NCBI GenBank assembly: GCA_021734135.1
Contig: JAIPJO010000002.1
Span: 1-44,022 of the forward strand
Length of the DNA stretch: 44,022 nt
Reading direction: 5' to 3'
Source: Patescibacteria group bacterium
GTDB lineage: Bacteria > Patescibacteriota > Patescibacteriia > Patescibacteriales > UBA12465
In this document: positions 9,361 through 18,343 of the stretch, one piece after another
Layout: each line of letters starts with the position of its first letter
How positions within the stretch are numbered: the first letter of the stretch is position 1
Translations under genes and position numbers: made by a program
The notes under the pieces: generated by a model
What the model saw: the letters and a program-made list of their open reading frames with translations, nothing else
The model's database searches: none
What the model was told of the DNA's origin: nothing

Positions 9361-10512
9361 ATGCAAGTATATTTAGATAATGCTGCTACTACTAAAATGG
9401 ATAAAGTGGTAGCAGATATAATGCAAACTTATTTTATAGATAAGTATGCTAATCCTTCTTCAATACATCAAAAAGGTGAGGAAGTATATAATGATGTAGA
9501 AAAAGCTAAAGATAAGGTGGCTAAAATATTAAATGCTAAAGCACAGGATCTTATATTTACTGGCAGTGCCAGCGAAGCTAATAACTTTATCATTAAAGGA
9601 GTAGTTAGAGCTAATAAAGATAAAGGTAATCATATTATTGTCTCTGAGATTGAGCACCCTTGTGTTCTAGGTCCTGCTAAAGAGCTAGTTAAAGAAGGCT
9701 TTAAGGTTACATATGCTCCAGTTGATAAAAAAGGCAGGATAAAAATGTCAGAGTTAAAAGATATGATTTCAGAAGACACTGTTTTAGTATCTATTATGAC
9801 TGCCAATAATGAAATTGGCACAATTCAAAATATTAAAAAAATAGCAAAACTTGTAAAAAAAAGTGGTGCTTATTTTCATACTGATGCAGTGCAGGCAGTA
9901 CCATATTTAGAATTAGATGTTAAAGACTTGGGTGTAGACTTTTTAACGCTTTCAGCTCATAAATTCCATGGTCCTAAAGGTGTGGGAATGGCCTATATTG
10001 ATAGAAGTGTTAAAATTAACCCACTTATTAGTGGAGGAGAGCAAAACTATAGCCTTAGAGCTGGAACACTTGATGTAGCAGGAATAGTGGGATTTAGTAA
10101 GGCACTTGAGTTAGCATATAAAAATAGAGAGAAGAAAATAGAAAAAATTAGAGAATTAAGAGATTACTTTTTAGAACAAGTAAAGAAAAATATTAAAGAT
10201 GTACATTTAAATGGTCATGAAAAGTTTAGATTAGAGAATAATTTAAACCTTAGATTTAATGGTATCGAAGGCGAGGCAATACTTATGGATTTATTTAATC
10301 AAGGAATTTGTGTATCTACAGGTTCAGCTTGTAGTGCTAAAAATTTAAGAACTTCATATGTATTACAAGCTTTAAAGATTAATTCAGATTATTTAAACAG
10401 TAATGTTAGATTTTCACTTAGTAAAAATACTACTAAAGCAGAATTAGATTACACAGTTAAAAAATTAAAGGAAACAGTTGCAAGACTTAGAAGCTTTAGT
10501 CCAATTAAGTAA
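9361..10512 (+). CDS. nifS: NifS/IscS-type cysteine desulfurase
   Basis: LSAHKFHGPKG PLP-lysine motif and STGSACSA active-site Cys loop. Confidence 0.9.
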   Translation: MQVYLDNAATTKMDKVVADIMQTYFIDKYANPSSIHQKGEEVYNDVEKAKDKVAKILNAKAQDLIFTGSASEANNFIIKGVVRANKDKGNHIIVSEIEHPCVLGPAKELVKEGFKVTYAPVDKKGRIKMSELKDMISEDTVLVSIMTANNEIGTIQNIKKIAKLVKKSGAYFHTDAVQAVPYLELDVKDLGVDFLTLSAHKFHGPKGVGMAYIDRSVKINPLISGGEQNYSLRAGTLDVAGIVGFSKALELAYKNREKKIEKIRELRDYFLEQVKKNIKDVHLNGHEKFRLENNLNLRFNGIEGEAILMDLFNQGICVSTGSACSAKNLRTSYVLQALKINSDYLNSNVRFSLSKNTTKAELDYTVKKLKETVARLRSFSPIK

Positions 10513-10532
10513 TTACAATTAATGTCAAACAT

Positions 10533-10964
10533 ATGGCACTTAACTATACTAAAAAAACATTAAATCATTTTTTAAAACCAAAAAATATTGGTGAGATAAA
10601 AAATGCAGATGCCTATGCAGAAATAGGCAACATGGTTTGTGGAGACCAATTAAATTTTTCTATTAAAGTAGAAAAAGGAAAAATTAAAGATGTAAAATTT
10701 CTTTCCTTTGGTTGTGCTTCTAATATAGCCACAGCTTCAATTATGACAGAAAAAGTAAAGGGTATGAGCCTAGAAGAAGCTAAAAACTATGACTGGAATA
10801 AAATAGTTTCTGATTTAGGTGGATTACCTCAACAAAAAGTTCATTGCTCAATTATGGCAGTGCAAGGATTAAAGAAAGTTATTGATAGTTATGAAGATAA
10901 AAAGGGAAATAAAGAAGATCATAAAGGGAAAGCAAAGAAAAAAGTAGTCAAAAAGAAAAAATAA
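10533..10964 (+). CDS. nifU: NifU/IscU-type Fe-S scaffold with Lys-rich C-terminal tail
   Basis: NxxCGD, FGCASNIA and HCS scaffold Cys motifs; sits directly after nifS. Confidence 0.88.
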   Translation: MALNYTKKTLNHFLKPKNIGEIKNADAYAEIGNMVCGDQLNFSIKVEKGKIKDVKFLSFGCASNIATASIMTEKVKGMSLEEAKNYDWNKIVSDLGGLPQQKVHCSIMAVQGLKKVIDSYEDKKGNKEDHKGKAKKKVVKKKK

Positions 10965-11020
10965 GTAGATAAAATAAATTATATTTTATTGAAGTAATGA
11001 TGAAAATATATACATATAAT

Positions 11021-11044
11021 AAAACTGCCTATAAGGGCAGTTTT
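11021..11044. terminator. Bidirectional terminator between nifU (+) and rplA (-)
   Basis: aaaactgcc-tataag-ggcagtttt, flanked by A-rich and T-rich tracts on both sides. Confidence 0.7.
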
Positions 11045-11079
11045 ATTATTATATCAATTTTTTGAATTTTTCTATCAAG

Positions 11080-11808
11080 TTATTCAGAAGAAATATTTAA
11101 TTTAACTCCAGGTCCCATGCTTGAGCATAAAACAATATTTTTAATATATTGTCCTTTAGCTTTAGCTGGTTTTGCTTTTTGAACAGCATCTAAAATAGTT
11201 TTAAAATTCTCCAGAAGTTTCTTATCATCAAAGCTAACTTTTCCAATTAGTGCATGTACATTAGAAGTGGCATCATTTTTAATATTAACCTTACCTTTTT
11301 TAAGTTCTTTTACTGCTTTTGCAGGGTCGTCAGTAACAGTTTCATTTTTAGGCGAAGGCATAAGACCTCTAGTACCTAAAATTTTAGCAATTTTTGCTAA
11401 ATTTTTCATCATAGCTGGTTCAGCTACTGCTACTTCAAAATCAGTTTTTTCACTTTTTTTAATTTCTTCAATTAATTCTTCACCACCAACTATATCAGCA
11501 CCAGCTTCTTTAACTGCTTTTTCGTTAGCACTAGATACAAAAGCAGCTATTTTAACATTTTTACCAGTACCATGAGGTAGGCTAACAGCTGTTCTGATTT
11601 GTTGATCACCTTTTTTAGGATCAATTCCTAGTCTAAAATGAAGTTCAATAGAAGCATCAAATTTAGCTTTGTGTAATTTTTTAACCAATTCAAGTGCTTT
11701 TTCTGGTTTGTAACTTTGAGCTTTATCAAACTCAATAGTTTCAGGATTTTCTTTTGTTTCAGTTTCTGCGTTTGTGTTTTTTGTTTCTTTGTTGTTTTTA
11801 TCTGTCAT
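11080..11808 (-). CDS. rplA: 50S ribosomal protein L1 (about 25-aa N-terminal extension)
   Basis: SIELHFRLGIDPKKGDQQIRTAVSLPHGTGK and GLMPSPK motifs; follows rplK. Confidence 0.93.
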   Translation of the reverse strand: MTDKNNKETKNTNAETETKENPETIEFDKAQSYKPEKALELVKKLHKAKFDASIELHFRLGIDPKKGDQQIRTAVSLPHGTGKNVKIAAFVSSANEKAVKEAGADIVGGEELIEEIKKSEKTDFEVAVAEPAMMKNLAKIAKILGTRGLMPSPKNETVTDDPAKAVKELKKGKVNIKNDATSNVHALIGKVSFDDKKLLENFKTILDAVQKAKPAKAKGQYIKNIVLCSSMGPGVKLNISSE

Positions 11809-11818
11809 ATTTTTATTT

Positions 11819-11848
11819 GTGGTTTTAGCGCTACAGCATAGCTCCCAC
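11819..11848 (-). promoter_or_regulatory. Candidate L1-binding mRNA element (23S L1-stalk mimic)
   Basis: The minus-strand RNA reads GUGGGAG-[GCUA-UGCUG-UAGC hairpin]-GCUAAAACCAC and ends 10 nt before the rplA AUG. It echoes the rRNA L1-stalk flanks GGUGGGAG...GAAAUACCACC. Confidence 0.4.
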
Positions 11849-11896
11849 TATTAATTATATATAATTATATAAATAAGTTATTTATATAAATATTAT

Positions 11897-12319
11897 TTAT
11901 TTAATTTGTACTCCCATTTGCTTAGCAGTACCAGCAATAATTTTTTTAGCTGCTTCAATATCATTAGCGTTTAAATCTTCCATTTTAACTTCTGCGATTT
12001 CTTTTACTTGATCTTGAGTGAGAGTTCCAACTTTTTCAGTTAAAGCATTAGCTGCACCTTTTTTGATGTTAGCATACTTTTTAATTAATTCAGATGCAGG
12101 AGGGCTTTTCATAATAAAATCAAAACTTCTGTCTTCATATACTGATATTTCAACAGGAACAATGTCTCCCATTTTATCTTTAGAAGCATCATTGAATTTA
12201 GTACAAAATTCTTGAATATTTAAACCATGTTGACCTAAAGCAGGACCAACCGGAGGAGCTGGATTAGCTTGACCAGCTGGAATTTGTAATTTAATGGTTG
12301 TTAATAATTTTTTTGGCAT
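11897..12319 (-). CDS. rplK: 50S ribosomal protein L11
   Basis: [38 protein letters not shown] at 12319 is chosen to give the usual MPKK N-terminus. Confidence 0.95.
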   Translation of the reverse strand: MPKKLLTTIKLQIPAGQANPAPPVGPALGQHGLNIQEFCTKFNDASKDKMGDIVPVEISVYEDRSFDFIMKSPPASELIKKYANIKKGAANALTEKVGTLTQDQVKEIAEVKMEDLNANDIEAAKKIIAGTAKQMGVQIK

Positions 12320-12373
12320 ATGATTATAATCTAACAATTTCTAAATTGTATTATCATTATTTTTTAATAGCAA

Positions 12374-12919
12374 TTATATTTTTTTAATTTGCAAAAAGTC
12401 TAACTCCACTGGTGTTTCACGACCAAACATTGAAACAGAAACTTTTACCTTTCCTTTAGCTTCATCAATAGCAGTAATTTTTCCTTCCATATTTTTGAAA
12501 GGACCTTCATTAATACGTACTGCTGAACCTTCGCTAACATCAATTTTGTATTTAGGTTCTTCAACACCCATTCTTTTTTGCAGTGATTTAATTTCTTCTT
12601 CACTAACAGGTGTAGGTGTGGTGCCGGTTCCAATAAAACCAGTAACATTTGGTGTGTTTCTAACAATATACCAAGATTCATCAGTTACTTCCATTTCAAT
12701 CATTACATAACCTGGAAAGATCTTTTCTTCAACTATTTTACGTTTTCCATTTTTGATTTTAATTTTTTTCTCAATAGGAACCAAAACATTGAAAATCTTA
12801 TCTTCCATGTCTAAAGTTTCAATTCTTTGGCGTAGATTTTGAGCAACGTTCTCTTCGTATCCAGAATAAGTGTGTAGAACGTACCAACGACGGCCTTGGT
12901 GTAAATTTTGCTTAGCCAT
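12374..12919 (-). CDS. nusG: Transcription termination/antitermination factor NusG
   Basis: WYVLHTYSGYE NGN start, FPGYVMIEM, and a C-terminal KOW domain (GPFKNMEGKITAID); lies between secE and rplK. Confidence 0.93.
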   Translation of the reverse strand: MAKQNLHQGRRWYVLHTYSGYEENVAQNLRQRIETLDMEDKIFNVLVPIEKKIKIKNGKRKIVEEKIFPGYVMIEMEVTDESWYIVRNTPNVTGFIGTGTTPTPVSEEEIKSLQKRMGVEEPKYKIDVSEGSAVRINEGPFKNMEGKITAIDEAKGKVKVSVSMFGRETPVELDFLQIKKI

Positions 12920-12930
12920 AAGTATTCTTA

Positions 12931-13110
12931 TTAAATAATAAAGCCTAAAGCGTAATTAAAAACAAAGTCTAAAAGACCTAAAAAAGCAGCAATAGCAAGG
13001 CTGAGTCCAATAACTAGCCAAGTATAACGTGCTGTTTCTTTTTTAGTAGGCCAAGTGACTTTTTTCATTTCTTCAATTGACGCTTTAATATAGTTTCCTA
13101 ATTTTGTCAT
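12931..13110 (-). CDS. secE: Preprotein translocase subunit SecE (59 aa; not in the ORF track)
   Basis: Hand translation gives MTKLGNYIKASIEEMKKVTWPTKKETARYTWLVIGLSLAIAAFLGLLDFVFNYALGFII. It has the KVxWP motif, a single TM helix and the canonical position upstream of nusG. Confidence 0.85.
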   Translation of the reverse strand: MTKLGNYIKASIEEMKKVTWPTKKETARYTWLVIGLSLAIAAFLGLLDFVFNYALGFII

Positions 13111-13167
13111 ACATTTATTTATTGTATTTAAAAATAGCCTTTTCGGCCATTTTTTTTAACTATTAAT

Positions 13168-13196
13168 AGTTTATATAATCTACTCAATTATGTCAA
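13168..13196 (-). promoter_or_regulatory. Candidate promoter for secE-nusG-rplK
   Basis: On the minus strand, TTGACA (13196-13191), a 17-nt spacer, then TAAACT (13173-13168). Confidence 0.3.
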
Positions 13197-13278
13197 GAAA
13201 AAATTCTTTCATTATAATATTTAACTTGACTTATGTTGGCATTTACGTGAAAATAAGTTAAGATATAATTAATTATAT

Positions 13279-14988
13279 ATGGTAGGACCTAAATTAAAAA
13301 AAACAGAAGATAAACAGTATACAATAACTTCTAGAGCTAAAAGGCTTTTTCAAGCAGTTTACTTTAAACAAAAAAAAGCTGAAGAAGGTGAAAAGGATGA
13401 AATAGCTCATATTAAAGTATCAGCCTTAATTTCTAAGGTTGCTTTTGTTTATGAAAAAATAAGAAATGCAGTTGATTATGATGAAGAGCACATGCTTAGG
13501 AAAAATGCTATTGAAAGAATACTTAAAAGACAGATTGTTATTGAAGGAGTGCTCAAAGCTTCTAAAAGTGAAGAGATTTCACTGCATTTATTAACTGAAT
13601 TAATTAGAGCAGGTTATTTAGGTAATGATATGGTGCCTGAAGCTAAGATTAAAGAAATAGCAGATCTTTTAGAAAAATATATTAAATTGAAAAATTATGC
13701 TTTAGAAAAAGTTAGTACATTTTCAGATATAAATGATGATAATAAGGTGCTGAAAAACAAGATTAAAAAAAGAAACAGTTTAGTAAATTGGTTAATTTCT
13801 ATCGCAGCTACTGAAATCGAAGAGAATCTAGGTAAAGATGTAGTGCAACAAACAGTTATTGAGAATATGTATGAAGATCTAGAGTCTAATATTAAAGCTA
13901 GTGGTGATCTAGATGAAAAATTAAAAAAAGATTTAAAAATACAAATTTATTTAAGTATCTATAGAAAGTATGTAAAGTATAGTGATTCCATGTTGTCTTT
14001 AATTTTATTTAGATATTATAATCGTGAGTGGACCCAAGAGTTAGTAGAGGATGAAAAAATTATGGAGATTGCTTATAAAATACAACCTTTAAAAGAAGCA
14101 ATTGATAGGCAACTTAAGCATCCACTGATAAAACAAATTGATAAAATAACTCGTAAATATGCCGTATTTTATTCTATTATGACGGAACTTGTATCTTCTG
14201 AACCTGTAAAATTATTTTATGAATTAAAAAATAATTCTTCTGCATATTATAAACAAATTAAAAATACATATACCAAGCGTTATAAAAAAGCTAAATCAAA
14301 ACTTTGGCGTAGTGCTTGGCGAAGTATTGTTTATATTTTCTTTACTAAATCTATTTTTGTGATTTTAATTGAGGTTCCAGCTATAAAATGGTTTGGAGAA
14401 GAATTGAATTATGTTTCTTTGTTTATTAATATAATCTTTCCGGCATTACTACTCTTTTTTATGGTTTTAACAACTAGAAAACCTAGTTCTAAAAATCTTG
14501 ATAAAGTTGTTGAAGGAGTGCAAGAGATAAGTTATGAGGAATATAAAAGACATAAACCATTTAAAATTAAAAGACCTGCCAAGAGAAAACCTCTACCTAA
14601 TTTCATTTTTAATTTTATTTATTTTGTTACCTTTCTATTTTCAGTTTATGTGATTATAGAAGTTTTAACATTTATAAACTTTAATTGGGTAAGTATAATT
14701 ATTTTCTTGTTCTTTCTAGCTTTTGTTAGTTTCTTTAGTGTACGTATTAAGAAAAATATTAAAGAATTAATAGTAGCCGAAAGGAAAGATAATTTAGCAG
14801 ATTTTTTATTTGATTTCTTTTATATGCCTATTGTAGCTTCTGGTCGTTGGTTGTCAGGTAAGGCTTCAGAGGTTAACATCTTCATATTTATAATGGACTT
14901 TATTATTGAGGCTCCATTTAAAGTATTTGTGGAAATAGCTGAAGATTGGACTAAATATGTAAAAGAAAAGAAAGAAGAAATAATGTAA
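13279..14988 (+). CDS. Hypothetical multi-pass membrane protein (about 335-aa helical cytoplasmic N-domain plus 4-5 TM helices)
   Basis: Long uninterrupted ORF. Hydrophobic segments include IVYIFFTKSIFVILIEV, LFINIIFPALLLFFMVL, FIFNFIYFVTFLFSVYVIIEVL and IIIFLFFLAFVSFF. I recognise no catalytic motif. Confidence 0.6.
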   Translation: MVGPKLKKTEDKQYTITSRAKRLFQAVYFKQKKAEEGEKDEIAHIKVSALISKVAFVYEKIRNAVDYDEEHMLRKNAIERILKRQIVIEGVLKASKSEEISLHLLTELIRAGYLGNDMVPEAKIKEIADLLEKYIKLKNYALEKVSTFSDINDDNKVLKNKIKKRNSLVNWLISIAATEIEENLGKDVVQQTVIENMYEDLESNIKASGDLDEKLKKDLKIQIYLSIYRKYVKYSDSMLSLILFRYYNREWTQELVEDEKIMEIAYKIQPLKEAIDRQLKHPLIKQIDKITRKYAVFYSIMTELVSSEPVKLFYELKNNSSAYYKQIKNTYTKRYKKAKSKLWRSAWRSIVYIFFTKSIFVILIEVPAIKWFGEELNYVSLFINIIFPALLLFFMVLTTRKPSSKNLDKVVEGVQEISYEEYKRHKPFKIKRPAKRKPLPNFIFNFIYFVTFLFSVYVIIEVLTFINFNWVSIIIFLFFLAFVSFFSVRIKKNIKELIVAERKDNLADFLFDFFYMPIVASGRWLSGKASEVNIFIFIMDFIIEAPFKVFVEIAEDWTKYVKEKKEEIM

Positions 14989-14993
14989 TTTAT

Positions 14994-15677
14994 ATGGCGT
15001 CATTATATATTGTAGCTACACCAATAGGTAATCTTGAAGATATTAGCTTTAGAGCTGTAAAGACTTTAAAAGAGGTAGATTTAATTTTAGCTGAAAATAC
15101 ATATACAGCTAAAAAACTACTTAATAATTATGATATTGAAACAGATCTGTGGCAATATAATCAAAATTCATCTGAAAAGCAATTTATAAATATTTCTGAA
15201 AAGCTAAAAGAAGGGAAATCATTAGCTCTTATCTCTGAGGCTGGCACACCAGGTATTTCAGATCCAGGTTCAATGCTTGTATCTAGATTATTAGAGAATT
15301 TACCAGATATTCAAATTATACCAATTACTGGCGCCTCAGCTCTTAGTGCTATCGTTTCAGTATCAGGTCTTAAAATGGATAGATTTTATTTTTTAGGTTT
15401 TTTGCCACATAAAAAAGGAAGACAAAAAATATTAAAAGAAATAAAAGAAAATAAATATAGTGTAGTGTTGTATGAATCTAAATATAGATTGTTAAAATTG
15501 TTAGATGAATTAATTGAACATGATTTAGGTGATAGAAATTTAGTTGTTGGTAGGGAACTTACTAAAATATATGAACATATATATAGAGGTAAAGCGGATG
15601 CTTTAAAAGAGTATTTTTTAAAAAATGAGATAGAGCAAAAAGGGGAATTTACAATAGTAATAAAAAAAGCCGCTTGA
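14994..15677 (+). CDS. rsmI: 16S rRNA (cytidine1402-2'-O)-methyltransferase
   Basis: LYIVATPIGNLEDISFRAVKTLKEVDLILAENT and SEAGTPGISDPG motifs of the tetrapyrrole-methylase-fold RsmI. Confidence 0.9.
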   Translation: MASLYIVATPIGNLEDISFRAVKTLKEVDLILAENTYTAKKLLNNYDIETDLWQYNQNSSEKQFINISEKLKEGKSLALISEAGTPGISDPGSMLVSRLLENLPDIQIIPITGASALSAIVSVSGLKMDRFYFLGFLPHKKGRQKILKEIKENKYSVVLYESKYRLLKLLDELIEHDLGDRNLVVGRELTKIYEHIYRGKADALKEYFLKNEIEQKGEFTIVIKKAA

Positions 15678-15691
15678 TTAGTTCAAGCGGC
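15669..15691 (+). terminator. Hairpin overlapping the rsmI stop codon (possible terminator or attenuator)
   Basis: gccgcttga-ttagt-tcaagcggc, a perfect 9-bp GC-rich stem. No T-run follows immediately. Confidence 0.4.
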
Positions 15692-15791
15692 CAAAACAAG
15701 TATTTTTTTATAACCCCTTATAATATTGCATACTTGTTTTTACAGGAGAAATTTAAATGTGCAGATCTAATAATATATAATAAAAAAGATT

Positions 15792-17225
15792 ATGTCAAGT
15801 AAATACTATATCACAACCACATTACCATATATTAACTCAGACCCTCATGTAGGTTTTGCTGCTGAATTAATTAAAGCAGACGTTATAGCTCGTTGGCAAA
15901 GACTGCTGGGAAAAGAAGTAATTTTTAATACTGGAACAGATGAGCATGGTTTAAAAATATATAGAAAAGCTAAAGATTTAAATATAAATGTTTTAGATTA
16001 TTGTAATAAAGCATCAGAAAAGTTTGCTGAGTTAAAAGATTCTTTAAATATAAGTTATGATCGTTTTATCCGTACCACTGATGAAAATCATATAAAAGCG
16101 GCACAAGAATTTTGGAAAAGATGTGAAAAAAATGGAGATATATATAAAAAGAATTATAAGGTTAAATATTGTGTTGGTTGTGAGCTGGAAAAAACTGAAT
16201 CAGAGCTAGTTGATGGTAAATGTCCTTGGCATCCTAATCAAGAATTAGATATTATTGATGAAGAAAATTATTTTTTTAGGTTTAGTAAATATCAAGATAA
16301 ATTATTAAAATTATATGAAGAGAATCCAGAATTTGTTAAACCAAAGCATCGCTTACAAGAAATTAAGAGTTTTGTAAAATCAGGAATTAATGATTTTAGC
16401 ATTTCTCGTTTAAAAGAAAAAATGCCCTGGGGAGTTCCTGTGCCTGGAGATGAAAGTCAAGTAATGTATGTCTGGTTTGATGCTTTAGTTAATTATATCT
16501 CTACACTAGACTGGCCAAATGAAGAAGGTGATTTTAGAGATTTTTGGCCAGGACTGCAAGTTGCTGGTAAAGATAATCTAAGACAGCAATCAGCTATGTG
16601 GCAAGCAATGCTTATGTCTGCTGGTATAGAAAATTCAAAAAAAGTTCTAGTGTTCGGCTTTTTAACTAGTGAAGGTCAAAAGATAAGTAAATCTTTAGGA
16701 AATAATATAAATCCAATTGAATACAGTCAAAAATATGGTGAAGATGCACTTCGTTATTATTTATTAGAACAAATTCCTACCTATGGTGATGGTGATTTCT
16801 CAGTTTCTAATTTTGAATTATTATATAATTCACATTTAGCTAATGAGTTAGGGAATTTAGCTAGTAGATTAAGTAATTTGATAGCGAAGGAAGACTTTGA
16901 TCCTAATATCAAAAAAGACTCAGATCAAGAGTTTAATGAGAATATAAAAGAGTTAATGGATAAGTATGAACTTCAATTTGCCCTACATGCAATTTGGCAA
17001 AAAATTAGACAAACTAATGAGTATTTAACCAAGGAGGCTCCTTGGAAAATAGAAGATAAAATAAAAAAGCAAAAAGTTTTAGAGTTTAGTTTGCAGAGTT
17101 TATATGATGCCTGTTTAAAATTACAAGTATTTATACCAAGTACTTGTGAGAAAATACTAAAGCATTTTGAGGCTAGGCCTATTGAGAAAATAGAACCTTT
17201 ATTTCCAAAAATAAAAAATAAGTAA
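15792..17225 (+). CDS. metG: Methionyl-tRNA synthetase, minimal form without the C-terminal tRNA-binding domain
   Basis: PYINSDPHVGFA (HIGH-like), a CxxC...C zinc knuckle, VWFDALVNYIS and KISKSLGN (KMSKS). Confidence 0.92.
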   Translation: MSSKYYITTTLPYINSDPHVGFAAELIKADVIARWQRLLGKEVIFNTGTDEHGLKIYRKAKDLNINVLDYCNKASEKFAELKDSLNISYDRFIRTTDENHIKAAQEFWKRCEKNGDIYKKNYKVKYCVGCELEKTESELVDGKCPWHPNQELDIIDEENYFFRFSKYQDKLLKLYEENPEFVKPKHRLQEIKSFVKSGINDFSISRLKEKMPWGVPVPGDESQVMYVWFDALVNYISTLDWPNEEGDFRDFWPGLQVAGKDNLRQQSAMWQAMLMSAGIENSKKVLVFGFLTSEGQKISKSLGNNINPIEYSQKYGEDALRYYLLEQIPTYGDGDFSVSNFELLYNSHLANELGNLASRLSNLIAKEDFDPNIKKDSDQEFNENIKELMDKYELQFALHAIWQKIRQTNEYLTKEAPWKIEDKIKKQKVLEFSLQSLYDACLKLQVFIPSTCEKILKHFEARPIEKIEPLFPKIKNK

Positions 17226-17233
17226 TAATTTAT

Positions 17234-17749
17234 ATGGTATTATTTGATACAATTTTAATTGTTATTTTAGCGGGTTTTGTTTTCTATGGTCTCTTTAAAG
17301 GTATTATTAAAATGATTGGTGATTTAGCTGGACTTATTGTTGGTGCCTGGTTAGCTAGTTACTATTATTTAGATTTTGCTAATTGGTTAGCTGAATTTAA
17401 TATAGGTTCTGATTATATTTTAAAAATTGTTTCCTTTGTTGTTTTGTTTGCTTTAGCTAGTAAGTTGGTGTCATTAGCCTTTTCTCTATTAGAGAAAGTT
17501 TTAAAATTAGTTTTTTTAATACCATTTGTAAAAACTTTAAATAGATTACTTGGGGCTGTGTTAGGTTTTGCTATTGGTTCTATAAGCATAGGTTTAATAC
17601 TTTTTGTAATTTCAAAATATGTACCTGTTAGTACTAGTTTAGCTACTTGGTTAACGAATTCTGAAATAGCACCTTTTCTACTTAGTGCGGCAAAAATTCT
17701 AATGCCATTACTGCCAGAAGCTCTTAAATTATTAACTGGAATAATATAA
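17234..17749 (+). CDS. cvpA: CvpA-family membrane protein
   Basis: 171 aa with four hydrophobic helices and an N-terminal DxILIVILAGFxFxGxxKG pattern typical of CvpA. Confidence 0.7.
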   Translation: MVLFDTILIVILAGFVFYGLFKGIIKMIGDLAGLIVGAWLASYYYLDFANWLAEFNIGSDYILKIVSFVVLFALASKLVSLAFSLLEKVLKLVFLIPFVKTLNRLLGAVLGFAIGSISIGLILFVISKYVPVSTSLATWLTNSEIAPFLLSAAKILMPLLPEALKLLTGII

Positions 17750-18342
17750 TGAAGATAATTGATACAGAAGAAAATAAGTATGAAAAAAATATAGAAATTA
17801 TTTGTACTGCTTTAAATAATTCTAAGGTTATTGCTATAGCTACTGATACTATTTATGGCTTAAGTGCTGTGGCTTTGGATAAGAAGGCTGTAGATAAGGT
17901 ATATAAAATAAAAAACAGATCTCAAGAAAAAAAGTTTATTCTTCTAGTTTCAGATTTAGAAATGGCAAAAAAGTATGCTAAGATAAATAATAAACAAGAA
18001 AAATATTTAGAGTCTATTTGGCCTGGACCTATCACGGTTGTTTTAGAGGCTAAAAATACAGTTGTTAATGATTTAGCTTTAAAAGAGGGAAGTATTGCTA
18101 TACGCAATCCAGGTTCAGTTTTTTTAATTGATATTATTAAAAAAATAAATAATCCAATTATTTCTACTAGTGTAAACACAAGTGGTAATAATAGTTTAAA
18201 TAGTGTTCTAGATATTAAAGAATTATTTCAAAATAAAAACAATAAACCTGACTTAATAATTAAAAGTAAGCCGGGTGCATATAAATCATCAAGAGTGGTT
18301 AATATAATAGATATAAATAATCCTATAATTTTAAGAAAATAG
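17749..18342 (+). CDS. tsaC: L-threonylcarbamoyladenylate synthase (YrdC/TsaC domain)
   Basis: IAIATDTIYGLSAVA, GPITVVL and STSVNTSG motifs. Confidence 0.85.
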   Translation: MKIIDTEENKYEKNIEIICTALNNSKVIAIATDTIYGLSAVALDKKAVDKVYKIKNRSQEKKFILLVSDLEMAKKYAKINNKQEKYLESIWPGPITVVLEAKNTVVNDLALKEGSIAIRNPGSVFLIDIIKKINNPIISTSVNTSGNNSLNSVLDIKELFQNKNNKPDLIIKSKPGAYKSSRVVNIIDINNPIILRK

Positions 18343-18343
18343 T

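Noticed and set aside
13111-13278. The expected tRNA-Trp or rpmG upstream of secE.
   Set aside because: The region is about 80% A/T, with no T-loop-like GTTCRAxxC, no acceptor-stem pairing and no L33-like ORF. It holds only promoter-like hexamers.
15678-15791. A T-box or riboswitch leader upstream of metG (similarly, no leader before serS).
   Set aside because: The spacer is only 114 nt and lacks the conserved T-box sequence and the specifier/antiterminator architecture. serS starts 4 nt after dnaX.
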